Assembly (NCBI RefSeq): GCF_001949145.1
Contig: NW_019091366.1
Coordinates: forward strand, 2,996,815-3,027,626
Source: Acanthaster planci
Lineage: Eukaryota
Length of the DNA stretch: 30,812 nt
Direction of reading: 5' to 3'
Positions 20,512 through 30,812 of the stretch are shown here, one piece after another (position 1 is the stretch's first letter; every line of letters begins with the position of its first letter). Below the pieces are notes generated by a model. It had not been told where the DNA came from. It did no database searches and worked only from the letters and a program-made list of their open reading frames with translations. Position numbers and translations under genes: made by a program.

Positions 20512-20872
20512 ATGAAGGAGGATGTGAAGTATGGAAATGACAGTCAAACCAATGTTTGCATGGAAATCTATGAGCTGTATGAGGATCTTGTTGATTTGGC
20601 AAGGGAGGCCAGCAAGTCACGCGTTTCACAGGCGGCATTTGAGGATAAGATACGCGGGAGCGATGTCAGCAAATTCCTGTATGATGATGGAAGTGGGAAA
20701 ATGACATCAATTAAAGCACTAGTGAAAATCAGAAACCAGGATAACTGGATCAATAATGATGTTGTTGATGCTAGAGATCAAAAGAAGAAGAGACGACCGA
20801 TTGCGAAGTTGAAGAAAACCATGGTGACTGGATCATCATTAGGGAGTGCTAACAAGATTAAATCTGAACAGG
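20512..20872 (+). CDS. TRPV-like putative exon 1 ([15 protein letters not shown]...[20 protein letters not shown]). Variable N-terminal region.
   Basis: ATG at 20512 right after the CpG-rich block. The donor CAGG|gtgaat at 20872 is in phase 1 with the acceptor ttttcctcag|AG at 21329, giving ..[25 protein letters not shown]. This region of TRPVs is poorly conserved, so the exon is not homology-confirmed. Confidence 0.5.
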
Positions 20873-23800
20873 GTGAATGAAGTTGAAAATATTCAGTAAA
20901 TTTTACTTAAAAAGTAGACTGCTCTTATCAATGATATCACCATATAAGAATAGTAATGATGGTGGGGATGGTGGTAATATGCTAAATGGTGATATGGAGC
21001 TGATGCTTGATTTGTACGTGTAGAGTACGTTGTAATGATGGAGGGTGATGAGACTGATAATGATAGAGAATTTTGATAACGGGGATGATTACAATGATGA
21101 TGACCGTGGTTGTATTGAGGATGGTAATTATGAGAAATACAATTTATTTCACAGTACTTAATAGTGCAGTTGAATAAAATGGACAAATTGAGAAATAATG
21201 AAGCCAAGTAAAGAATAAAATTGAGTAAGCCTCAATAGGTTTTAAGATGAATGTTGTTGACATAGGAACAAAAGTTATGTTCTTGAGGACATGCTAATTA
21301 TTGATCTGTGCAATTCTGTTTTCCTCAGAGGCCCAGCGAGAAGTTTGCTGGGACATTGACAGACGTGGTTATTCTGGAGAGACCTTACTCCATGTTTGCT
21401 TCATGAGTCCCCACAATAAAGATGTTAACTTTGAGATTGCCAAACAACTCATAAAAGCATGGCCAAAGATGATAAATGACTTCATCCTAGGAACTGAAAA
21501 CTATGGTAAGTATGATACGTTTGCATCATGCAATACCAAATTCTACCTCAAGGAGGTCTTTTCATCTCTATAATCTCAGAACCTTGACTCTACTGGGCTA
21601 GCTGTCTGTAGTTGGCTTTTAATCCAATTATGGTGATCAACTGTATTTACATGTAGGTGCTTTGTTAGCTGCACTTTCTCAGTTATCGGTGAAATATTTT
21701 GATAAATGCGTATAAAAGAAAGCAACTCCATTATTATTCCCCAACTCCTCCCCCTAACAAAAAGTCAGGGTCAGACCTATGACTACTGCACTTACAAAAA
21801 GAGTTTTGTTTTCAGGTGATGAACCAGTTACAAGAATTTATGTTTTTTACACTTTCTTGAACATTTCAGGTGAAACATGTTTACATAAAGCTATTGTAAA
21901 TGAGAACATCAGTATGATCAAGTTCCTGATTGAGAATGGAGCTGACTTGAATGTTCATTGTTATGGAAGGTTCTTCAGGCCAGATGACCAGAAGGCTTGG
22001 TGTGAGGACTCACTTAACCATGAACACTTCATTTTGTACAAAAAGACAAACTATGAAGGGTGAGTATACAAATATTAATAAATATCAAGCAAGATGGGAG
22101 AAATTTGTGTTGGATGGCATTGTTGAGGTTTTTGAGTGCATCTTTGAAAAGGACAGTTGTGACATTTTCAGGCAATTCAAGAGTTTGCATTTTACTTTAA
22201 AGCTTGTCAGAGCTGTTTAAACTGCAGGGATACAAATAAAAGAGAATGTAGCAATGGCAAAACCTTTTGGATGCAGTAAAGAATATTTAATTGTAAGAGT
22301 GGTCATGAGGCAATCCATTGAGTTCAGTAAGACTAACAGGTAAGAAATGACATATTTTGAAATTATTGTGACTATTCCTAAGACTTACATAGTGTAATTT
22401 TTCCTAGACTCACCTACTGGGGAGAAACACCACTGACGTTTGCAGCTTGTCTGGATTTAGATCACATTTTCCGTTCTTTGTGGGTGAAGGGGTGTGATAT
22501 CAATGCTCAAGACACTAATGGGAACACTGTACTTCATATGATGGTTTTACATGATAAGAAGGTAAGTCTTTTTGACAACAGCAACTAATTCTATTTTAGT
22601 GTCACATCTTAATGTTTTGACTTGGTTCCAAACTTCAGCCTTCTGTATTATCCTTGTTCAAATTTTACTTTTATGCTGACATGCATGTCAATGACCAAAG
22701 GATTTTCTGTTTTATCATGTTCTTTGATAGTCTTCAAGGATATTTGTCAGGGGATTAAAAAACATATGATTGCATTCCCAGAGAGATATATATATTTGGT
22801 TATTATGTGAACTTTTTTTTTGCTCAGGATATGTTCACTTTGGCATATGAGTTGGGTGGTGACTGCACCATCAAGAACAATCAAGGGTACACTCCTTTGT
22901 CTCTGGCTGCCAAGCTACATAGGATAGACCTCTTTGAGCATATTTTGTTCTTAGAACGTCAACTCTCATGGAAGTATGGCGATGTTACTTGTGCATCATA
23001 TGCTCTGGATGGCTTAGACAGTATTAACTATGATGGTACCATCAATAATAAATCATCACTGCATCTCATTGTAAACCAAGTAAGTTGTATTTAGTGTTGA
23101 TTCAGAAGAACAAAAGGGCATGCAAGGTTTGAACATTGCCCACCGGCATGTAAAATGTGCATCGGCTGTGTGTTTGCTCAAGAAGAATAGAACATGGAGA
23201 TGGCAACCTGTACTGCAGGTTTTACAGAGGGAGGCATACAGTAGTTGACAATCTCTACCACAATTTTTTTTATATTGATTTTACTGGAATTATATCTTAA
23301 GAGTATAGAATTTCTAAAAGTAGTTTGTCATTCTGACTTGTCTCCTAGATTACTTCAACTGAGGAATTCATGTGTTACACTGTATTTATTAAAAAGATAA
23401 AATTCAATTTTGACCTGAATTCCCTCTAATACCTTGTCACTTTTTGCAGACAAGCAAGGAACATCTTCAGATGTTGAAAGGTGTCATCTACAAGCTGTTG
23501 GATGAGAAATGGAAGACATTTGGTCGTTTCAATTTCTTTGCTCGCCTAGCATTCTTTCTTCTGTACCTAGCTGTACTCACAACTGCATTCTATCTCAGGC
23601 CGGGAAAGGTAAACATTAAAAACAACCTCCATCCAAACAATGTATTTCAAATTTGAAATGTTTGCAAGTTGTTTAAAAGGAATTCACATTATTTTCTCTA
23701 CGTATTTTAAGTTTTCAATAATTTGTTGACATGTTCTACTTTTCTCAATGTCCCTTTCATCAATTTTCTGTCCTGCAGGACCCTAAAGCATTCACAGTAC

Positions 23801-26588
23801 ACAACAATGTTACTCTACCTAATGGCTCAGTGATTGACGCAGGAACAGAAGTTATTGAGCCATGCTACTTGCTGTATACAGACACATCAACAGATCAGGT
23901 AACTTCTATTTTGCAGTACACGATTACATCAACACGGAAAAATGCACTCAGTTATTATTCAGCTTTGACAAGAGTAAGAACAGGTTTATGCTCCTTTCTT
24001 CATCACAGGCACGTGTGGTTTTTGAAATCATCACCTTGATTGGATCATTAAGTTATCTTTTCTTTGCTGCGAAGGAGACATACCACCTTGGAAAGTGGTC
24101 TTTCATGGAACTTATGGTAATTCTTGTGTTTCTAGCTGGTTTTTTTATTTGTTTGTGGCTTAGGAAATTATTATTAACATTATGAAATTAATAGTTGTAC
24201 AATAGGAAATAGTTTTGACAGTTTTCATCTTGAACTACAGGTTTTAGCCCCAGCCAAAGCGATGTTCCTACTGTCATGTTGTTTTATCATCTTGGCATGT
24301 TTTGGCCGTATCCCTCCATGCAATCCATACTACGAAGATGTCTTCATCACATTTGCCATTTTGACTGCTTGCCCCTATTCACTGTTTTTCCTGAGGTAAA
24401 TCATGGCTCCTTTTATGTCTGACTGCTGAGTCGTTTGAAAGATCAGTTAATGAATATGAGTGCTTATTGTATGCCATGTCTCCTGACAAACATGTTGACA
24501 TTATCCATTGTCAATGGAAATAATAGCTGTATAATTTTGCAACCTTTTTTAAAAAGATGAAGATAAAAAACATTTAATAGGAGAGGTCACGACTCAAAAG
24601 ATGGCAGACAGGCAACTGCTTATTATAAAATATTGAATAAGCCCAAACCTATTATCCCCTTGTAATTGTTTGTTTTGTTGCATTTATAACTTTATAGAGC
24701 CCTGAAGCTTGTGGGTCCATTCATCTTCATGATCTACAAAATGATTCATGGTGATCTTCTCAAATTCCTCGCCATTTATCTCATCTTCCTGTTTGGTTTC
24801 TCCCAAGGTAAAAGATCAAACCAATTGTGTTAGGAAGCTTTAATCTCAGAATACTTCGAACATTCTTTGATGAAAGTGGATTGTTAAATGAATGCTTAAC
24901 TTCACGGTAGTCTTGTTCTTCCATTTTCTTTTTAGCTATGCATATAGTATTCCTTGGCTACAGGGGGGAGTTTGAGCTATTGGATTCAGTTATTGGAATG
25001 TTTGTAATGTCCCTGGGTGAGTTTGGTGATATTTATGCCACGTTTGATGAAACAAGATATCCAGTAATGGGAAAGGTATGTGTGAATTCTATGAATATAC
25101 TTTTACTTCATCTGTGCCTCCACATGAATAAATGATTTCAATTTGTTACTGGGAATGGAATTCAATTCTCATTTTGGCGCAACTTTTGAATATAATTTTT
25201 GTATTTTGGATTGTTTTAGATCATTTGCAAAAAGAACAAAGCTTAAACTACATCTGCATTTGTTATGTAAAGTAAATATTAAAAAAACGACTAAAATATA
25301 TTAAGATTAAGACTTTGTCTCTCCCTCTTACTTCTGTCTCAGTTGATTTAACTTTAAAATCTAGTTCTGTTTTAAGTTTTGTGTTTTCTGGTGTCCATCC
25401 TTCCTTAGCTTGTATCAAATCTTCCTTTTCTGTTAATGGTTTCTTAATCATCATACAAGGTGTGTGTACATGACTGTATAGAAATTCACTTTATCCAATA
25501 TTTTTATCTGCATTCATTCTGCTTACGTGGTTACCTCTGTTTCACCATCACACAACTATTCTACTTAACGCAGTACTTTTTTCCTCCCTAAATCTCATCC
25601 TAAGTAAATGCAAACAGCATGTTATGTTTTACTGATTGTAGTCATGTGGGCAAATTGCCTCATTTTTTCCCTGTATTTTTCCTGCATAGTTGCTGTTCTG
25701 TGTGTACATGGTCCTAGTGGCACTACTTCTAGTCAACATGCTGATTGCTATGATGGGGAGTACGTTTAGTACAATAGCCGAGACAGAGAATGAATGGCAG
25801 AGACAGGTATTAAAATGCCAAGTTGATAGACTACAACTTGAGTTTAATGGTAAAATCATGTAATTGTTGAGGAGTCTGCAGCCACAGTTTGGAAGCGAGT
25901 GGGTAATATGTACATTTGTATTCAGTTTTAGAGTGAAGAGGAATAGCTGGATATTTTGGAAAATCTTTTGCAAAAATTAAGCCAAATTATTTCAGTTTAT
26001 TCAGAAATTGAACCAGGATATTAAAGTTGAAGGTAAAGAACTGAATTACCAATTAGTCAATTTATGCCAGGCGTGTCCTATAGGGTTTGCAGATATTGCT
26101 AATAAAATGTCAGTTTGCATTTTATTGATGTTCTCAGGATTCAATTCATTTCAGTGGGCCAAGATTGTCCTCATATTAGAGCAGTCATTGTCACCAGCTG
26201 TCAGAGTCAGTGTGCTACACAAGTATTCAACACCAATGTGGGATGGCAGGCAAGACCGAGCTATGATCATGCAAACAGAGAATGAGGTTGGTCCGAGTAA
26301 AAAAACTTTCTTACATAGTTTTGATTCCACAATGTACTACGCTTACATTGTCAAGTCAGGGTTGCTTGACGTTTTTATCTGTTGCTGACAAAGTTTCTCA
26401 AGAATGTTGTCAAACTGATTTCCTTCATTTTTCTTGCTTGTGATCATTTAATCTTTTCCATCTTGAAAAATAGTCTCTATTTTCTATTGTTACAGGACCA
26501 TGACGATGCAACCATACAGAAGTCTAAACATCGCCACAATGTCAATTCTAATCGCGAGTTCATTGATGGTGTATGGCAATCGACATAA
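20512..26588 (+). CDS. TRPV-family cation channel with about 14 coding exons: a variable N-terminus, ankyrin repeat domain, S1-S6 with pore loop, and TRP box
   Basis: Spliced product includes GETLLHVCF...[272 protein letters not shown] and [11 protein letters not shown]. These are colinear with vertebrate TRPV1-6 (YxGETPLxFAAC, NTVLH, LLxxKWxxFG, LFxFxxG.., NMLIAxMG). Confidence 0.9.
20930..21160. repeat. Low-complexity (GATGRT/GGTGAT)-rich degenerate minisatellite in TRPV intron 1
   Basis: gatggtggggatggtggtaat...ggtgatatgg...gatgatggagggtgatgag...gatgattacaatgatgatgacc. This produces the spurious His/Tyr-rich minus-strand ORF 20893-21207. Confidence 0.6.
21329..21505 (+). CDS. TRPV-like exon 2 (ankyrin repeat 1)
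   Basis: Acceptor ttttcctcag and donor TATG followed by gtaagt. Confidence 0.85.
21870..22059 (+). CDS. TRPV-like exon 3 ([13 protein letters not shown]...[32 protein letters not shown])
   Basis: Acceptor catttcag and donor AAGG followed by gtgagt. The finger loop is longer than in vertebrate TRPVs. Confidence 0.8.
22408..22561 (+). CDS. TRPV-like exon 4 ([51 protein letters not shown])
   Basis: Acceptor tttttcctag and donor AAG followed by gtaagt. Confidence 0.9.
22828..23079 (+). CDS. TRPV-like exon 5 ([40 protein letters not shown]...LHLIVNQ)
   Basis: Acceptor tttttttttgctcag and donor CAA followed by gtaagt. Confidence 0.9.
23450..23608 (+). CDS. TRPV-like exon 6 (pre-S1 and S1: [53 protein letters not shown])
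   Basis: Acceptor ctttttgcag and donor AAG followed by gtaaac. Confidence 0.9.
23779..23898 (+). CDS. TRPV-like exon 7 (S1-S2 extracellular loop)
   Basis: Acceptor tgtcctgcag and donor CAG followed by gtaact. Has N-glycosylation-type NVT/NGS sites. Confidence 0.75.
24009..24116 (+). CDS. TRPV-like exon 8 (S2)
   Basis: Acceptor cttcatcacag and donor ATG followed by gtaatt. Confidence 0.85.
24241..24395 (+). CDS. TRPV-like exon 9 (S3-S4)
   Basis: Acceptor tgaactacag and donor TGAG followed by gtaaat. Confidence 0.8.
24698..24807 (+). CDS. TRPV-like exon 10 (S4-S5 linker and S5: [36 protein letters not shown])
   Basis: Acceptor aactttatag and donor CAAG followed by gtaaaa. Confidence 0.9.
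24936..25075 (+). CDS. TRPV-like exon 11 (pore helix and selectivity-filter region)
   Basis: Acceptor ttctttttag and donor AAG followed by gtatgt. Confidence 0.85.
25690..25806 (+). CDS. TRPV-like exon 12 (S6 and TRP box)
   Basis: Acceptor tttcctgcatag and donor CAG followed by gtatta. Holds NMLIAMMG and WQRQ. Confidence 0.9.
26155..26286 (+). CDS. TRPV-like exon 13 (post-TRP domain)
   Basis: Acceptor attcatttcag. The donor GAG|gttggt is weak, so the 3' boundary is uncertain. Confidence 0.6.
26495..26588 (+). CDS. TRPV-like putative terminal exon ([30 protein letters not shown])
   Basis: Acceptor ttctattgttacag, in phase with the previous exon. This is a short, basic C-terminus. More C-terminal exons cannot be excluded. 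Confidence 0.45.
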
Positions 26589-28396
26589 GGATCAGTACTA
26601 CCGAATAGCAGAATCAATGAAATGTGAGTTTCTCAAGTGCAGTACAAACTTAAAATTGTCGATGTCAAAGCAAATACATCTCATCATAGTGTTTGCTTTT
26701 CCATTTACTATGCTGATTGCTCTGTATAACAAGCCAAATCAACTTAAATGTTGTATTTGACACTTGTGTGTTAAACCATGTGGCATTTACCCAAAAGAAG
26801 GGGGTGGGGCAAATTCCACTTTTATAGAATTGAAAGTGCCAGCATTCTAAAAATGGTCCTTCCACCTTTCTTGGAGGGTAGGATTCTTTTATGGATGAAA
26901 AATTGGACAGTCATTTTGTTTGGATGAGAAATCCATTTTATCTCCCAACCAAATAACTGGATAAACTACTGTTAAACCTCAACAAGTAGCTCCCAAGAAC
27001 TGCACAAATAATCTGACTTCTGGCATTTTGAAGTACAAGATTCTAATCAGGAACCGAGTCACTAAGTAGGGAGAATCTAACTTCAGCTTTCTTCCTAATC
27101 AGAAATATTGGATTAAACAACCATTTTGCATGATTTAGTAGAACTAAAACGAGCTCATAAAAAACTTCATTTTACTGGTAGTCTGCAACGAGGAGTGTAG
27201 CCAAGGAGACACTGCAGTAGATAGTTTAGCATCAAAATGTTCCATGTTGGCCCAGAGTTGTAATGTGTACATGTCACTTGTGAATTAATAATTTCAAGAG
27301 GAAAATCATAGATGGTAATGTATGGCAGACCAACTCTTAGTGTTGTATTGATATAGTCTATTTTCAATTTCTGCTCACTGGCAGTTTGTTGCCAACTGAT
27401 GTCACAAAGAAACCAACTTGTGAAAGAAACTTGATGGAATGAAAATGGCAGTCTAATTCAATCACAAGCAAGTCAGTAGTACACAAAATATAAAGCAATG
27501 AATTTAAGCCAATGTATGATATTTTAATATCCAAACATTAAATAAGGTGAAACCGAGTACTTTCAGTAAGTGCCATGACAGTAAAACAGTCTAATTTGAT
27601 TTGGTGTTACAGTGCACATGAACTAGAAAAGTCAATTTCACAAGTTACATGAACGGTTATTTTTTGGTTATTTTTGACATAACTTTTAACATTAAACAAG
27701 AACTGAAATTTATCACTTTATCAAGTAATTTCAATTTATATACATCTTTAAGGAGCAACACACAGACTGTTAAATGTTAATTTATATAGCAATCTTTATA
27801 AATGAATCCTGCTAAAATGCTTTCAACATTTGATTGGAACATTTAAAGTACAGCCTCTGAAAAATGCTGCACATCAGTGATGGAAGGATATGGGTGGGCA
27901 CTCAATATAAAATTCAAATTTTAATTCAATTTTGTGGCAGTGAAATATTGCGATATTGCTCTAGTCATTGCATGACAGTAATATGGAAGGTAATTACAAA
28001 CACTGAAACACAAAGGTCATTATATGACCAAGTTCTTGGGATTTAAGTGAAAAGTTACCAAACAATCTTGAAAATGACTTTAAATTGTCTATTTACCTTT
28101 TGTAAATGAATGTATTTCATAATGGTAGTAAACTTCAGCAAATAATTCAGCAGCATGTAAGGTTGCAATCTGTTGAAGACAATTTATGTTGAATTTATGT
28201 TCAAGAAAAGGTCAATTTGATTTTAAATGTATGTGTATATACAACTTAATCACTATGCCTAGCCGATTCCAATGTCCAGTGTCTTGTGCATTATTGCAAT
28301 GGTGTTCAATTAAAGTTGCTGATCAAGGTAGAATTCCTTTGCAAATTATATTATTGTGCACATTTTGAAAACTGCTTTCTTACATTGTCTGCTTGA

Positions 28397-30656
28397 CTAA
28401 TAATCTTTCAACAACAGGAATAGCAATGAATTTGCCAGCAAAATGAGTGAAATAGGGCAGGCAATGCATTGAGCATGTGCTGTTTCTTTAAGGTCATTGA
28501 CCTGATCATCTTCTTTCACTTCCTTGACATCTTCATTGAGCGACAATGCCTCACAGTTGAAGGAGTTTGAGCTGTACACCATTCCTGCTGGGCACTTGCA
28601 GTCCAACTCTTCCTGTACATGTGTCGCTTCCTCAGGACATCCAAGAGACAAGAATGGGATTCTGTTAGAGTGAGAAGCCTGTACACTGTCTACAACATCG
28701 CGGGCATGGCGAGTGATGATTGTACCCGTTGTTCTGCCTACTCCTGCTCTGCCTACCACACTTTTTGCCAAGATGATATCTTGCATGTGTGGCAAGGCTG
28801 CTCGTCGTTTTCTTCCTTGAGTATCGATGAGTCGGTAGACCACAGTAATCGTGTAGACATCGGACTCAGCTGACAGCGCCAGGTTGTAGAAGGTAGAACG
28901 GTGTACAGGAACTGGAATTCAAAATGGTGCATTCATAACTTTAACGTGGTGTTCTGGTGAAAGGAGTTTACAAAAGTGTGAGCTTAAACTCTGTAACCAT
29001 AAAACACTGGTGGTAGAAAGGGGCAAGGCCAGGGGTCAGTGGCCATCCCCCATTTTTTCGGCCGAAGGGACTTGGCCCCCACTTTCGACAGGTGCTTTGA
29101 AAATTCTTCAGCCACTGCCATATAAGGTCATGTGTGAAATTGCTGCTTGGGCACAATGAACAATAATGTTGCAGACCTTTAGCTCGGTTAAAAGTGAATG
29201 TTTCAATTATAAACTTAATTGAAGATAGATGAGATATGAAAAGTGAATGTTACCGGTGTATTGAATTGTGTAGAATACAATAATCCAGACCAGAAACACT
29301 ATTGATTCAAACTTTTTGTATTAACTTAATAAAAATTACACCTGTTATGATTAAGCATGACATCCACAATGCTTTTGGAATATGTGAAAGGAACATTTAT
29401 TGACATTGTGTCATTATGATACAGTATTTTAGGATACAGTCTAAATTTTGCAACAGTGGTATTTGTGGATCTCCTACTTACTTGCCAAAGTCTCTCCCGA
29501 CTCTTCACGTAAATATTCTTGAATGTGGAGAGGTTGTTGAACATCATTTTCCACATGAGTAGTATTGTAAGCGTTCAGAATCACCACTGTTCCATTATCG
29601 TCTGTGATGCGAGGAATGAAGTTGAAAGTAGCATCATAGTGTGCAACGTAGCGGTCTTCAGAAGGTGCTTGCAGACAACCCTGTGGATTTGAAATGAATT
29701 AAGCGAACACTTCTAGAGAATATGGGATGGATGCATCTCATTCTGGACATTTATCTCACGGGGTTTATGCAACAAATATCAGATTAAAACTTGAGAGTTG
29801 GGGAAATTAAAAATCAAAATATGCCAAGTGTACAAATAATTGAATAGACTGCAGTAGAGGGAGAAAACTGCTAGTTCAGACTATTTACCTGTAAATACTG
29901 GTGACTGGCATATTCCTGCCCTTTGCATACCATGAAGAGTAGCAGAAAGAGGTCATAGTCTTTGCGGAGGAAAGCAGGGGAGAATTTAACTCGCAGGTCA
30001 ACATACTCTTTGTGAGCTACTCCCCTGGATCCCGTGCCATAGCTGAGGTCTTCATTGCTTGCACCTGATGTAATAATATAAGATATGGTTTGAAATGAAA
30101 GACTTAAATCCTGAAAATTATATGTTATTGCCTCAAACGTAAAGTTAATGACCTTGAAACAGTTCTTCAGACACTTTGGATTTCTTTACATGATCTCTTA
30201 CTAGTATTTTTTCACTTTCATTACTCAGAGCAGATTTACGCACAATTTAAAATGTCAAAGCCTCAATGGTTTAACTGCTGAAAGAAATGAAACTCGAGTA
30301 TGAATGGTCTTTATCCAGTGTGACTGTCCACAGAAAGTTCATGTATCCATCAGTTGAACAGGTTTTTAACCTTCAGTTCTTCGATTGAAAATAAAGTAAA
30401 AATTGACCTCATAATTTGCACAACTTCTTGCCTACTTGAGAATGAGAGCACTACTACCTGTCAGTGAATGGAGTATGATTATGACTTGGTCTTCTTCTTC
30501 ATCTTGTACAAAGACTGTTGTCTGAATAGTGATCAATGCCGAGATCTTGGCTGGGTCAACACTCATTGCAATACAAGATGAAACATTCAGAGTGTTGTTC
30601 TCCAGGCCACATCTGAGCACAAACAAAAAGATAGCAGCGACTTTACATTTTGACAC
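28397..30656 (-). CDS. Partial gene (at least four exons; the 5' end is beyond or near the window edge). It encodes a secreted/membrane-anchored protein with a ZP-domain-like pattern, a consensus furin site (RKRR), an EGF-like Cys motif and a C-terminal hydrophobic (GPI/TM-like) tail.
   Basis: Exons 30458-30656, 29889-30064, 29482-29680 and 28397-28911 join with consistent phases (donors gtagta, gtaaat, gtaagt; acceptors ttacatcag, aaatccacag, gaattccag). Product: ..LRCGLENNTLNVSSC.. (resembles the ZP-N CGxNxMxVS strand), GCLQAPSEDRYVAHYDATFNF (resembles the ZP-C CxATPSxDPxRYxFI motif), ...VYTITVVYRLIDTQGRKRR|AALPHMQDIIL... CKCPAGMVYSSNSFNCE ... CIACPISLILLANSLLFLLLKDY*. The fold assignment is tentative. 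Confidence 0.4.
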
Positions 30657-30812
30657 ATCTCCAAATGAAGCTCAAACACCACATTTAAAATATTAGGTGG
30701 GGTTTCAGTAGCTACCTACGCATTCCAAAATTAAAATTAATTTTTGCAGTCAGCAGTGAGTGGTACAAATAGATTGTCCACACCTACACAGCAGATTTTG
30801 GGAGCTGACGGA

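Noticed and set aside
20893-21207. 104-aa minus-strand His/Tyr-rich ORF
   Set aside because: It is the translation of the GAT/GGT-rich low-complexity minisatellite in TRPV intron 1, not a gene.
28397-28911. Reading the RKRR-containing protein as a retroviral/ERV envelope (SU-TM furin site, fusion-peptide-like AALPHMQDIILAKSVVGRAG, C-terminal anchor)
   Set aside because: The coding sequence is interrupted by at least three spliceosomal introns with consistent phases. There are no flanking LTRs and no gag/pol remnants. A host secreted/ZP-like gene fits better.
1-30812. Interpreting the window as a prokaryotic/phage locus with one gene per ORF
   Set aside because: ORFs are short, fragmentary and on alternating strands. 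Homologous protein segments (MVP, IDH3, TRPV) are split into pieces separated by 100-700 bp, and the pieces join only through canonical GT..AG introns with consistent phase. Many ORF-track 'M' residues are GTG/TTG codons, not ATG (for example 28843 and 249). There is no operon organisation and no RBS-like spacing.
1-30812. CRISPR arrays, rRNA genes, integrons or other prokaryotic systems
   Set aside because: No regularly spaced direct repeats with unique spacers, no rRNA-like conserved blocks, and no attC/attI-like sites were seen. The repeats present are inverted (MITE/foldback) or simple tandem types.

Overview
This window is eukaryotic (almost certainly animal) nuclear DNA: AT-rich, with short exons bounded by canonical GT..AG introns, and several interspersed repeats. 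It is not a prokaryotic locus. The ORF track reflects this, since nearly every call is a partial exon or intron read-through, and many of its 'M' residues are GTG/TTG alternative starts. By splicing exons by eye I can support six genes. (1) The N-terminal half of a major vault protein (MVP) gene lies on the minus strand at 88-4116 and continues off the left edge. (2) A complete or near-complete regulatory (beta/gamma-type) subunit gene of NAD+-dependent isocitrate dehydrogenase (IDH3) lies on the minus strand at 7818-11671. (3) A two-exon gene on the plus strand at 14135-15560 encodes a carboxymuconolactone-decarboxylase/AhpD-family protein (CxxC..H motif, 'peroxidase-related enzyme' type). 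That family is essentially bacterial, which makes this a horizontal-transfer candidate. (4) A ciliary FAM166/CIMIP2-like gene with repeated 'PGYxG[FY]xP' motifs lies on the minus strand at 16769-19434. (5) A roughly 14-exon TRPV-type cation channel gene (ankyrin repeats, six transmembrane segments, TRP box) lies on the plus strand at 20512-26588, with a CpG-rich putative promoter upstream. (6) A partial gene on the minus strand at 28397-30656 encodes a secreted or anchored protein with a ZP-domain-like pattern, an RKRR furin-type site, an EGF-like cysteine motif and a hydrophobic C-terminus. Repeats include a MITE-like TIR element next to a triplicated exon/donor junction in an MVP intron, a tRNA-derived SINE-like fragment, palindromic 'ccccagaactgtgggg' hairpins, a ~290 bp foldback element, a 23-bp tandem repeat and a GAT-rich low-complexity block. 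All coordinates were derived by hand and may be off by 1-3 nt.
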